A stretch of DNA of 64,000 nt, taken from positions 608,001 to 672,000 of the forward strand of contig CP000071.1 in NCBI GenBank assembly GCA_000002445.1, read 5' to 3'. This DNA is from Trypanosoma brucei. Taxonomy: Eukaryota. The translations under genes were made by a program, and so were the position numbers. Positions 50,336 to 59,840 of this stretch are shown piece after piece (position 1 is the first letter of the stretch; every line of letters begins with the position of its first letter). The notes below the pieces were generated by a model. The model had not been told where the DNA came from. It saw only the letters and a program-made list of their open reading frames with translations, and did not search any database.

Positions 50336-50651
50336 TGAGGACGAATATGCGGGTTTTTACGATCTGGTGAGCCTTTAGAGTCCCTCACCTTTGTTTTGTT
50401 CCCTTTAAGATTGTCTTGGGTAAATTTAAATGGACACCATGTGACTGCCTTGGTTGATGAAAGCAATACCGGTTGTGCTTTCCGTTGTAGAATTACACGA
50501 AACTAATCATTACTTCTCCTTTGTTGCTTTCCGTTTCCTTTATTGCTTGGCTTCTACACCCTCGCCGTTGGAGGTGAGTGAGCAGAGTTGGACACTTCCT
50601 ACATATATATATTTTTGCTTCCTGTTTGCTTCTTCTCTCGTGTGAAGCCAT

Positions 50652-51149
50652 ATGCTAAGTGACGATACCTGTCAACCAGAGGCGGTGCTCTTTGGCATGC
50701 TGGGTGCGGCTGCCTCTTTGGCGCTCTCCAACATTGGGGCCGCTTACGGTACAGCGAAATCTGGCGTTGCCGTTGCTCATCTCGGCATTGTGGAACCATC
50801 ACGTGTAATGCGTGGCATTGTGCCTGTTGTCATGGCAGGTATTCTTGGTATATACGGCCTTATTGTCTCAGTTATTATCAGCAACAACCTCAAGCTGTCG
50901 GGCTACGCAATGTTCTCCGGCTTCATGCACCTTGGCGCTGGTCTTGCCGCCGGCTTTGCTTCTCTGGCGAGTGGTTATGCTATTGGTATTGTGGGTGACA
51001 TTTGTTGTTTTGCATACGCCAAGACAGAAAAGATATTTGTCCCAATGATTTTGATGCTCATTTTTGCTGAGGCGCTTGGGCTCTATGGGCTCATCATGGC
51101 CCTCTTAATGAACAACCGTGCCACATCCTATACGGGTGGTTGCTCTTGA
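50652..51149 (+). CDS. V-type H+-ATPase 16-kDa proteolipid subunit c
   Basis: Four TM helices with [48 protein letters not shown] and the essential Glu in helix 4 ([18 protein letters not shown]). 165 aa is canonical. Confidence 0.9.
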   Translation: MLSDDTCQPEAVLFGMLGAAASLALSNIGAAYGTAKSGVAVAHLGIVEPSRVMRGIVPVVMAGILGIYGLIVSVIISNNLKLSGYAMFSGFMHLGAGLAAGFASLASGYAIGIVGDICCFAYAKTEKIFVPMILMLIFAEALGLYGLIMALLMNNRATSYTGGCS

Positions 51150-51960
51150 CCAAGTTAGACGGAGCGAGGGCTAACGGAGAGAATAACCCCCCTAGGAAGA
51201 ATGGGAAAGAAAGAAAGAGAGAAAAGGTTGGATGAAGAATAGTTGCTCTGGTGCCAAACCATGCGACACAGAGTGGAGGGGATTTGAGTGGCGGGCTGAA
51301 GCACGAGAGGTAAAGTTCGTGAAAAGGATGACCAACAACTTGTGAGAATGTATCAATAAAGGTGTTGGTCCCGACAGAAGGTGAAAAAACTGGGTGTATC
51401 TGATTCGGGAACAGCACCGAAAGAAGGGGGAAATGCATTACTTTTGACAGGTTTCCGGGATGGTTAGAGGAAAACAACACTGTAGGAGAGTATTTTTGAG
51501 TGAATTCTGCAAAGTGTGTCATCTTTGTTGGCATGACCGCGTGGCTGCCTGTTTCCCCGTCTGTATCTACTTTTTGTGTGCGTATGTGTACATGTGCTTT
51601 TCTTCACTCCTATGTGCTTGTGCTGACAGTGCTGCTCGCCCCTTCACTTCCCGAGAAAAGGAATGTTGTACACCACTTGCTCGTTACCCAGATGTGTGGC
51701 TAACTTCTTCTTCACTCAATATTTGATGCGAAAGTCTATGCCATATAACGGGAAGTAAAAATTTACGTAGCAGCCCCGTGAGAGAACTTTGCATCGTGTA
51801 GTATATTAGGAGAGGAGGGGACGGGAGGCAATAAATCCGCAAGTTCCTCACAGAGTGGAAAAAAAACAAGGGGAAGGGAAAGCGAGAACGCAAGGACACA
51901 CGTGGGGAAGCGTGCACGGTTTCTCCCACGGTTATTTCACCCTTGTGTACAAGCTGAAAT

Positions 51961-53034
51961 ATGCAGGGCGCGACAGTCAGCGCGCCGAATTTTCGCCCGC
52001 CGACGGAGCTTTTGGATGAAGTACCGCAACCAGAAGGCTCCTCGTGGTGGCTGCAGACAAGTGCCGCACGGCTTCAATCCTTCGAATTACGCATGCTGCA
52101 CGCCATAAAATATAGGCAGGGGTTCGTCGCTGGATTGAACACAATTACGACACTGGGACTGCAACAGAGCGCTGCTAACAGCAGTAAGGAAATCATGGTC
52201 CTGATTCATGGTTTTGCAGGAGGATTAGCCTGTTGGGCACAGAATTGGGAGTTTCTCTCTGAGCATTATATTCTTTGTGCCCTCGATTTACCCGGTTTCG
52301 GCCGAAGTATGCGGCCTAATGTGACTGCAAGAACCCCGAGGGAGGTACTGGATTTTTTCTGTCAGTGCCTTGATGACTGGTTTGGTGAGATGAGGTTCAA
52401 AATTCCTGTCATTTTGGTTGGCCACTCCTTTGGTGCCTATATAGCGGCGCATTATTCCATGCGTCGTGGCCCATCTTGTGTGCGACTGTTAGTGTTTGTG
52501 GATCCGTGGGGTGTAAACAGAAGGGACCAATCTGGATCCAAAAGGGTTCCATTCACGTGGCGCCTCGCCCTCAGTATTGCTAATAGAATGAACCCGCTTA
52601 CACTCGTACGTGCAGCTGGTCCTTTGGGTCCACTTTTCTTCCGGCTAATACGACCGGATTTCGCAAACCGCTGGCGTGGTTATCTGCCGGACCCCGTTAC
52701 CTTCTACGAGTATACATATCACTGCAACGCGCAGCTGCCGCCGCTTGGAGAAGAACTATTTAAGATTTGCTATCATCATGACATTACTGCTAAGGAGCCG
52801 CTGGAAGATGAACTACCATCATCTTTGTCTAAAGATATACCGTTGGTACTGCTGTACGGAAGTGAGACGTGGATGGACGCAGAGCGGGGCACCACCATGG
52901 CCGACAAAATGGAAGGCATGGGTTTCAAGGTGGAAGTAGACACAGTGATGAGTGCAGGCCACCAGGTGTTTACAGATAATCCGTCTGAGTTCAACAACAA
53001 ACTTTTGCTGGCACTTGCTGAGTTGTTGGCCTAA
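51961..53034 (+). CDS. Alpha/beta-hydrolase fold protein (ABHD4/5-like lipase/acyltransferase family)
   Basis: Nucleophile elbow ILVGHSFGAYIAAHY (GxSxG) and an HG oxyanion motif (IMVLIHGFAGG). C-terminal His in MSAGHQVFTDNP. 357 aa. Confidence 0.7.
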   Translation: MQGATVSAPNFRPPTELLDEVPQPEGSSWWLQTSAARLQSFELRMLHAIKYRQGFVAGLNTITTLGLQQSAANSSKEIMVLIHGFAGGLACWAQNWEFLSEHYILCALDLPGFGRSMRPNVTARTPREVLDFFCQCLDDWFGEMRFKIPVILVGHSFGAYIAAHYSMRRGPSCVRLLVFVDPWGVNRRDQSGSKRVPFTWRLALSIANRMNPLTLVRAAGPLGPLFFRLIRPDFANRWRGYLPDPVTFYEYTYHCNAQLPPLGEELFKICYHHDITAKEPLEDELPSSLSKDIPLVLLYGSETWMDAERGTTMADKMEGMGFKVEVDTVMSAGHQVFTDNPSEFNNKLLLALAELLA

Positions 53035-53501
53035 ACAGGTAGTGACGGTCTCAGAGTAAACTGCGCTTCCCAATGAAGGGGTGAAAAATGCTGTGCACGT
53101 AGATGAAAGGTGCAGCGCGATGAGGCACATTCGATGCAGAAACTTCAACCATGATGTATTGTACTTGATCTACTGCTAGTTTCTGTCATTTTTATCCTTA
53201 GCTTTCCTTTTTTATTATTATTCCCGTTAGTTTTTGTTTTATAGCGGGGTGGTAAAAAAAAAATTGTGTGTGTTCACACCTCTTCCCAGATCATTTTATA
53301 TCATTACTTGCACAGCCGAAGCTAATTTCACAGTTCCGTATTCCATCATTCTTGCTGCCGCCACACCGGAAAAATTGAAGTTGCAAATACACTTATCGTC
53401 TTCTTTTTTTTTCAGCAGCTTCCCCTTACGCAACAAATAGAAGCATAGGGCATACATATATCACTGTTTGTATATAGAAGTTGCAGGGTTTATTGCCTTG
53501 A

Positions 53502-54602
53502 ATGTGGGAAGAAACGTACGTACGCGCCTGCGCGAACCTCGGCGTGCAGCCGCGAAATGAGGTTCTTGCGGCTGTGGGTGGCACTGCGCAGTTATGTGGA
53601 AACACATTTGCGAACTTTGAAAACCGCTTAACCGATGAGGAGCTCGCTGCCCTATGCGAAACCTGCCGTCAGATTTCTCTTGTAGCCGTCGTCCGCCTTC
53701 CCTACAATAACATCACTTGTCGGGGCGCGACCGCTTTGGCAAAAGCTATGAAAGAAGGGTTCAGTACACTACAGTACCTTGACTTGTCCTACAACTCTAT
53801 TAATGAAGAGGGTGCAAACGCTATTGCCGCGGCGGCAACTAATTATGAAATGTTGTCAACACTGTTACTAAATGGCAATCCCATTGGCGGTGGGTCAGGT
53901 CCATGTCTAAAGACTCTTCTGGAAAGCGAGAATACCCAACTGGTGACACTTGACCTCGAACAAACTGACCAGGGCTTAAAGTCGCTCGTCCACATTGCGA
54001 GAGGTTTGGTCCACAACACGACGCTCACTACGTTGAACCTTGGCCGCCCCCTCATGACGAACCCGATGGATGTGAGCTACGTCGTGGAGCATCTTTCTCT
54101 CGCCCTGAAAGAAAACCGAACACTACGGTTTTTGGGGTTGAGCCACTTCAATATGGCAGATTGTGATCTGGCATTATTACTCTCTACGCTGCGCGACTCG
54201 GCGGTAACAACACTCTCACTGAAAGGCAACAAATTATCTCAAGCTTCAGGTGAACCTCTCGCCCAACTACTGGCGCACAGGCCTGACTTTCTTTCGCTGG
54301 ACGTAACGGCGAATCGGCTGCGGGATGTCGGCGCACTCGCAATTGCTGCAGTCATCGCCAATCATCCAGGGTTGCGCGAGCTGCAGATTGGCTTTAACAC
54401 AATCGGTGGAGTCGGCATTTCCGCACTCGCTCAGTCGCTGGCGGCAAATGCCTCAATCACTACATTAAAGCTGTGGGGTAATGATCTCACCGATGAGTCG
54501 GTGAGGGACCTATATGCTATACGAGGCCGATTCGAATCGATGGAAGTTACAGACTTCAGTTTCTATGTTGTGGATGGTTGTCCTATGGTGGCAAGGGAGT
54601 AG
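53502..54602 (+). CDS. RNI-like leucine-rich repeat protein with an LRRC45-like N-terminal motif (366 aa)
   Basis: The N-terminus YVRACANLGVQPRNEVLAAV resembles the LRRC45 N-terminal YRRLCEESGAEPQEAVLQQL. It is followed by about 28-residue RNI-type repeats (LDLSYNSINEEGANAIAAA..., LDVTANRLRDVGALAIAAVI..., LQIGFNTIGGVGISALAQSL...). Confidence 0.7.
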   Translation: MWEETYVRACANLGVQPRNEVLAAVGGTAQLCGNTFANFENRLTDEELAALCETCRQISLVAVVRLPYNNITCRGATALAKAMKEGFSTLQYLDLSYNSINEEGANAIAAAATNYEMLSTLLLNGNPIGGGSGPCLKTLLESENTQLVTLDLEQTDQGLKSLVHIARGLVHNTTLTTLNLGRPLMTNPMDVSYVVEHLSLALKENRTLRFLGLSHFNMADCDLALLLSTLRDSAVTTLSLKGNKLSQASGEPLAQLLAHRPDFLSLDVTANRLRDVGALAIAAVIANHPGLRELQIGFNTIGGVGISALAQSLAANASITTLKLWGNDLTDESVRDLYAIRGRFESMEVTDFSFYVVDGCPMVARE

Positions 54603-54994
54603 CGGGGTGATGTAGTAAAGTGTTGAGGAACAAGTAGATTGGGGACCTTACAGGCTTGAGTTTTGTTCTCCAAAGAAAGAAAAGGAGAAAGGAGTTCAGA
54701 AAAGCGGGTCTCCTCCTTAGTTATGTTCCACCCGTGTGTACATTGCGCTGCGCCATACCTGAAGAGGCGGTAGCGTCCCCTCTGGTTGCGTTTTCTCTTT
54801 ACTTTACCTCTAAAGTTGTCTTGGAGACCTTTGTTCTCGTTTTATTCATTACTGATCGTCACTACACTGTCCCATGTGATCCTATTTCTTTTGTGCCTTT
54901 CTCCTTCCTCCCCTGTGAATACTGCCCCCTGCCATCAACTCAGGCCCCTGGAGCTGCTGGTGCTTTCAATATAGTACTTTCCGTTACCTGGTCG

Positions 54995-55010
54995 TATATA
55001 TATATATATA
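54995..55010. repeat. (TA)8 microsatellite
   Basis: tatatatatatatata read directly in the intergenic region upstream of 55075. Confidence 0.8.
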
Positions 55011-55074
55011 TCGTTAGAGGAGGCCCCCCGTCTTGTAGTCGTTCTCTCGGTCCATCTATACTTGCCGTCAAAAC

Positions 55075-56613
55075 ATGTGGACTGTTTTTGCTCCAGATCA
55101 AAATCAACTGTATGCGCTGTATATGCATCGCTGCGGTGCGCATGGCGTTGGCAAGCCGAGTAGGGAGATGCTTGCATTACTCACGGAGGATGACAAGGCG
55201 TGGCAATCGCGAGTGACGGAAGAGGCCCATCAGCGCGGCGTAAAGGTAGAAGATCTACAGGAAATAGAGGGCGATACGGTGGAGCGCCAAAGAGAGCGTG
55301 AGTCGGTTACACCACTGGCATTTCATCGCGTGTTTCGGTTGACCCCTTTCATTGCAAATAACGAGAGGGACGGCTCAGCTGCCCGTATACATGTGGGAGC
55401 TCGTGGGTTGTTAGCTATATTAGACGTGGTTCGTGAGTTACCCTTCCTTGAAGTTCTTGACCTTTCGAACCTCACTTCACTGTTCCTCGCGGACACGTAC
55501 CAGTATGACGGTGTGAAGGGGAACGATGTGATCTCTGCGTTGTGCTCAATAGCCGCGACGCATCCGTCACTTCGAGTGATTGATGTACGGGGCCAACCAC
55601 TCGGAACGTTGGCTGCCCATCATTTTCTAGAGCTACTGAAAGAAAATACCCGTATTCAAGAGGTACACTATGATACCGATGCAGTTGCCTGCCACCTCGT
55701 TGCAGCCATTAACAAACAACAGGAAAAAAACGCTGCCACCCCTCGGCAGCCGCCGAAACTTCCGCAGGAACCTTCGGATATGATACGGCGTATGCCTTTT
55801 CTTGATCGTAAGACCGTTAAAGAACAGCAATTGCTGAGGCGCCTTGTGGAGTCGGAGACCGGCATAGGTGATGTGATGTCTGAGGAGGAGGTCAGCACGT
55901 TTGTGCTGTATGCTCGCACGATGTCCACAACGGAAGTTATTACGCGCAGTAGGGGACTACTCGGCGACGGCATTCACCTATTTCTGCTTAAATCTGGTGT
56001 CATCCGCGCCGCAGCTGAAGCGCGTGGCTTCGAGATGCGTCGTGGTGACTTTTTCGGTGATACACACGGTGACATACTCTTTAGTCAAAATCTTCTTCAA
56101 GAGGTTGAGCGTGGCGTGGTGTACGCCATTCCTATTGAACACTGTGGCGCACTGCGTGCTGTTTGGGCACGCCGTGTGGCTGCACACTATAGCACACTAA
56201 AATACAACACATTGCTTCAAGCAGTCGATGTGTGGACGAGGCTACGCACCTGCTGTTGTTCTGTGTCCCGCGTGTTCGAAGAAGGGGAGGAAGTTATTGC
56301 AAAGGGTGATCCCTTCAAGGGGCTGTTCCTCGTCGTCTCGGGTGTTTTTAGTGTTATTGGCTGTGCAGGTGCTCGAGTAGGTGGGAAGGAATTTACCGTC
56401 GGGGATGCCTTCGGTGAGGAGCCGCTATTGACTAGACGTGAATGCAGCTCTGTGACGATTGTTGCTGGCAAAAATGAAAGCAGCGGTGAGAACTGCTGTT
56501 TAGTTGTGGAGGGGTGTGCGGCTCGAATACTCTTCAATTACCTTCGGCCGGTGCTGCTGACGCTCGTCTCGGCATATTCCCAACATGAGGAACTGCAACC
56601 CGTCCAAAAGTGA
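55075..56613 (+). CDS. LRRC45-like LRR protein fused to a C-terminal cyclic-nucleotide-binding (CAP-family) domain (512 aa)
   Basis: N-terminus LYALYMHRCGAHGVGKPSREMLALL (same motif as its upstream neighbour) plus RNI-type LRRs. The C-terminal 150 aa carry cNMP-binding domain hallmarks (FEEGEEVIAKGDPFKGLFLVVSGVFSV ... GKEFTVGDAFGEEPLL ... VTIVAG). Confidence 0.65.
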   Translation: MWTVFAPDQNQLYALYMHRCGAHGVGKPSREMLALLTEDDKAWQSRVTEEAHQRGVKVEDLQEIEGDTVERQRERESVTPLAFHRVFRLTPFIANNERDGSAARIHVGARGLLAILDVVRELPFLEVLDLSNLTSLFLADTYQYDGVKGNDVISALCSIAATHPSLRVIDVRGQPLGTLAAHHFLELLKENTRIQEVHYDTDAVACHLVAAINKQQEKNAATPRQPPKLPQEPSDMIRRMPFLDRKTVKEQQLLRRLVESETGIGDVMSEEEVSTFVLYARTMSTTEVITRSRGLLGDGIHLFLLKSGVIRAAAEARGFEMRRGDFFGDTHGDILFSQNLLQEVERGVVYAIPIEHCGALRAVWARRVAAHYSTLKYNTLLQAVDVWTRLRTCCCSVSRVFEEGEEVIAKGDPFKGLFLVVSGVFSVIGCAGARVGGKEFTVGDAFGEEPLLTRRECSSVTIVAGKNESSGENCCLVVEGCAARILFNYLRPVLLTLVSAYSQHEELQPVQK

Positions 56614-57113
56614 GGCAAGCGCACCTCTTGATTGGTGTAGCCGGTGACTGTTGGGGCGGGTGGTGAGATGGAAGGGAGGGACATGTATATTTCTCGGCGT
56701 TTTTGTTTTCACTCCATGGATGAATGAAGCGTTTTTGTTGTTTATGCTTCGCTGCCTAAGATGCGTATTACCCCTCCCAGCGCGTGCAGGGGCTCGGGAA
56801 TGAATTACGCGGCGCACGGTTTCTCCGCTGTCCGCTTTTTAATTATCTCTGGAGCCAGTCGTTCTCGTGGTTGCCTGTTTCTGTCGACCGCATTCCCGCT
56901 GACGGCGAAGGGGAATTGGGATATGTGTGGGTGGGTAATCTCGCCACAAGATGCGTATATGTAGCTGTGAAGTCTTTTTTTCAGATTTGGATCGTGAGTA
57001 ATTTGAGAAAATTCCTGGTATTTAACTTTAACCTCTCCCCGTTTGCGAATCTCACGTTTGCCCCTTATCCCGTTTGTACCCCATTTTTTTTTTTGTTGCT
57101 GAGGCCGCACATC

Positions 57114-57812
57114 ATGGCTTGTGGTGCGATTGTGCTCTTACAAGACTCGTGCAGTGCCATTGCCGTACTTGAGGAGGTGCGCAAGCATGTCAGAATGAGG
57201 GGTAACGAAGCTGAGGCGATATGCAGCAACATCAACGACTACGTGTACCATTCTCTAGCCGCACAGGCAACATTTGTGTTAGGTGAAACGGAGGTGCCGC
57301 GCATGTTGGCGCGCGCAGGCGTTGGCGAGTTGCAAGCATACACAATTAACTGTAGTGGTGGTAAAGCGGAGCTGTGTCTTTTCTGCGTGGGCACTTCTTC
57401 CACAGTCTTGCCATGTTTTGTTGCGTTACCCTCGTCGCGTGGTCGCGTATTTTTGGACATGTGTTTGACCTGGGCGTTTCGTGCGCATTATGAGCAGGCG
57501 CGCCAATGCGCCTCACGCTTTAAATTAGCGTTGCTCCAGACAATTGGTGGTGGATGGGCATCACTTCGTCGCGTGGATAAAGCGCTGCGGTGCGCTTTGC
57601 TTCTTCGTGAAACCGCCGCGGAGCTTAATGACGCTGTGACGGAGCGAAAGTCCCGCGTGTTTGTTGGCTGGGCTCTTTTGTGGAGCGGAGATGTGCGGCA
57701 AGCGGTTACCATATTTGAGCAAGAATGCAAGGAGGCGCGATGTGAAGGCGACACCGCGCAGGAACGGAGGTGTGTGGCAGCTTTACATTACGTGCGTCAC
57801 AACGCGTTCTAA
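57114..57812 (+). CDS. Hypothetical protein (about 232 aa; ORF from 56784, but a polypyrimidine tract and AG precede Met 57114)
   Basis: ORF track. ccattttttttttttgttgctgag lies just upstream of ATG 57114, so the upstream in-frame portion is likely non-coding. Confidence 0.4.
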   Translation: MACGAIVLLQDSCSAIAVLEEVRKHVRMRGNEAEAICSNINDYVYHSLAAQATFVLGETEVPRMLARAGVGELQAYTINCSGGKAELCLFCVGTSSTVLPCFVALPSSRGRVFLDMCLTWAFRAHYEQARQCASRFKLALLQTIGGGWASLRRVDKALRCALLLRETAAELNDAVTERKSRVFVGWALLWSGDVRQAVTIFEQECKEARCEGDTAQERRCVAALHYVRHNAF

Positions 57813-58461
57813 GCACAGGTGAAGGAAGCAGGGGCAGCGTGGAGAGTCCTTCACTCTTCGCCTAACAGCGAATGTTGTTGCGGTGAGAGCACTAATGACG
57901 CCTCAGAGGGACATTGGAAGCACAGTTGCTTTCTAGCGAGGTGGTGGTGGTGATGCTGGTAAATGTTAAGAAGCGGAGAGGGAGAGAGTTGCTCGTGCAT
58001 GTTGCCAGTGGTAATGTTCCACTGTCATCGGTCGTGAAGTCTTGCATTTCTTTGGCCGAACGTGATCTCAGTGGGATAATGGTTGTTATGGAGAGATATG
58101 CACTTGGTTGCGGCTGCCGTATTGGTTGTCTTCAGTGTACTCTCGTTGCTGATGTCTGCACGGCGGGTAGCTCAATATGATAACTGATGTGTGAGGAAGA
58201 GAGGAGATAAGTTAAGCGCTGAGACCTTTTCTGTTCGAGGTAATTCTCCTCTATTATTTTGTTCGACTCTTTGATTGCAAGTGCTAGCTCAGTAGGACAG
58301 CATCTTCCTCAAAGGAATCAAGAGAAACGCGGTGAAGGCGCGCGGGACGGCGTGAAACGACACCTAGTTGCACTTCCTAAAGTGCCGACCTCCGTGTGTG
58401 TTTAGTCTCAAATAAACCGAGTAAACGACCGAGAAACGGCAGAGCTGGTATTTGCACGTAA

Positions 58462-58827
58462 ATGACATGTAATGTGACGCCAGAGCAGGAGCTACAAGTG
58501 CTGCAGATGATATTGAAACTTTGTGCTGCAGGTGCTGAAGAGTCTGGTGAAAAGTTTCGCCTTAAAGTTCGAAAGGCTCTGCAAGAGTCAGCAAATGACG
58601 AGGCAGCCATTGAAGCAGTAGCATCACTGTTACGTCACTACGGAAAGGTGCTGAAGAAGCTCGATGGCTCTTACGAAAAGGAACGTGAGTTGAAGCGGCT
58701 CCGATCCGAACGTGGGGCTTTGCGAGCATCTCGGTTTGTGGATGATCAAGCGGAGAGCGGGGACGAGGACGAGGACGAAGATGTAAGTGGGGATGAGGAG
58801 GTCGAGGACGTCGAGGTGGAAACATAG
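58462..58827 (+). CDS. Small acidic protein (121 aa) with a C-terminal poly-Asp/Glu tail
   Basis: ORF track. C-terminus SGDEDEDEDVSGDEEVEDVEVET. Helical N-terminus. Confidence 0.4.
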   Translation: MTCNVTPEQELQVLQMILKLCAAGAEESGEKFRLKVRKALQESANDEAAIEAVASLLRHYGKVLKKLDGSYEKERELKRLRSERGALRASRFVDDQAESGDEDEDEDVSGDEEVEDVEVET

Positions 58828-59612
58828 AAATGTGAGTGGTAATGAAATGGTGAAATGGGTGTGAAGGGATATTGAAGATAGGACGCAGAGGCGCTTGCAG
58901 TGGGCGACCCACAGCTACGTTCCCCCGTGACCAACATTCTTTCACTTTTGCTTTAAAGAAGGAATGCGTTACATATTAGAGGCTCTTATCGATGTACAGA
59001 AAAAGGGGTATCACTTGCAACTTATCATTGGCCCGTACGGTGGAAACGAAGCCTACTGTGAAATTGGAGAAACGTTAAGTGCGTGTGCGTACGCCGCACG
59101 CCGCACGAGTGGTTGTGTGTCATGCAGAGACTCGAAAAACAACTCGTGTAGGTTCCGGTAGTGGCGGCAATAAGCTACTTCTCCTCTGATAGGCAGTGTT
59201 TTCCCGTCGTCGGACCACCTTAATACCCCAGATGTGCATCACCAATTTCTTCTGTTCGCTAAACTGGAGATACCTTACGAAAGGCAAATTCTGTTCACCT
59301 GCGCTAAACAGTACTTGTAATGATGCTGACCCCACTTTGAGGCGGTGAGGGGAGTGAGAGCAATACGTCCTGCATTTGTGTGCAGTTTCCCCTCTCGTAT
59401 ATCAGTCTATGGATAGTTGCGGGGTGCACTCTCTTTGGACTCACATGCCGATGCAGCACTCCCCAGCTGTTGTTGTTGTTTCGCATCCCCGTCGCATGGC
59501 GCGCCAACGTTTTTGTTTGCTTGTCATCAACGTGGGTCTCTTCCATTTCATTGGCGGAGGAACGATACGATTCTCGTATAAACTAATATGCTCTTCGTTC
59601 TTTTATTTCTCG

Positions 59613-59634
59613 TATTATCATTATTATTATTATT
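59613..59634. repeat. (TTA)n microsatellite (about 7 units)
   Basis: attatcattattattattattg read directly. Confidence 0.75.
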
Positions 59635-59840
59635 GATTTTTTGGAGACACAACTCGCTGTAGTAAAGAAGTAACTGAGGAAAAGGAAGAAAGAGGAAGCG
59701 TATACTTCTTTTGGGGCGTCCTGACTACTTTCCGTTTGCCCATCAACTAGCAAAAAAAAATATTGAAGCATCCATTGATTATCATTGTTTGCTCGTTAGG
59801 CAATTGCGTCGGAAGTTTGTGAAGTCGACCGCCTGTGCAT

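Noticed and set aside
56784-57113. Upstream 110 codons of the 56784-57812 ORF
   Set aside because: It is F/L/P-rich low complexity and contains the polypyrimidine tract ccatttttttttttttgttgctgag, so it is likely 5' intergenic sequence. The start was moved to Met 57114.
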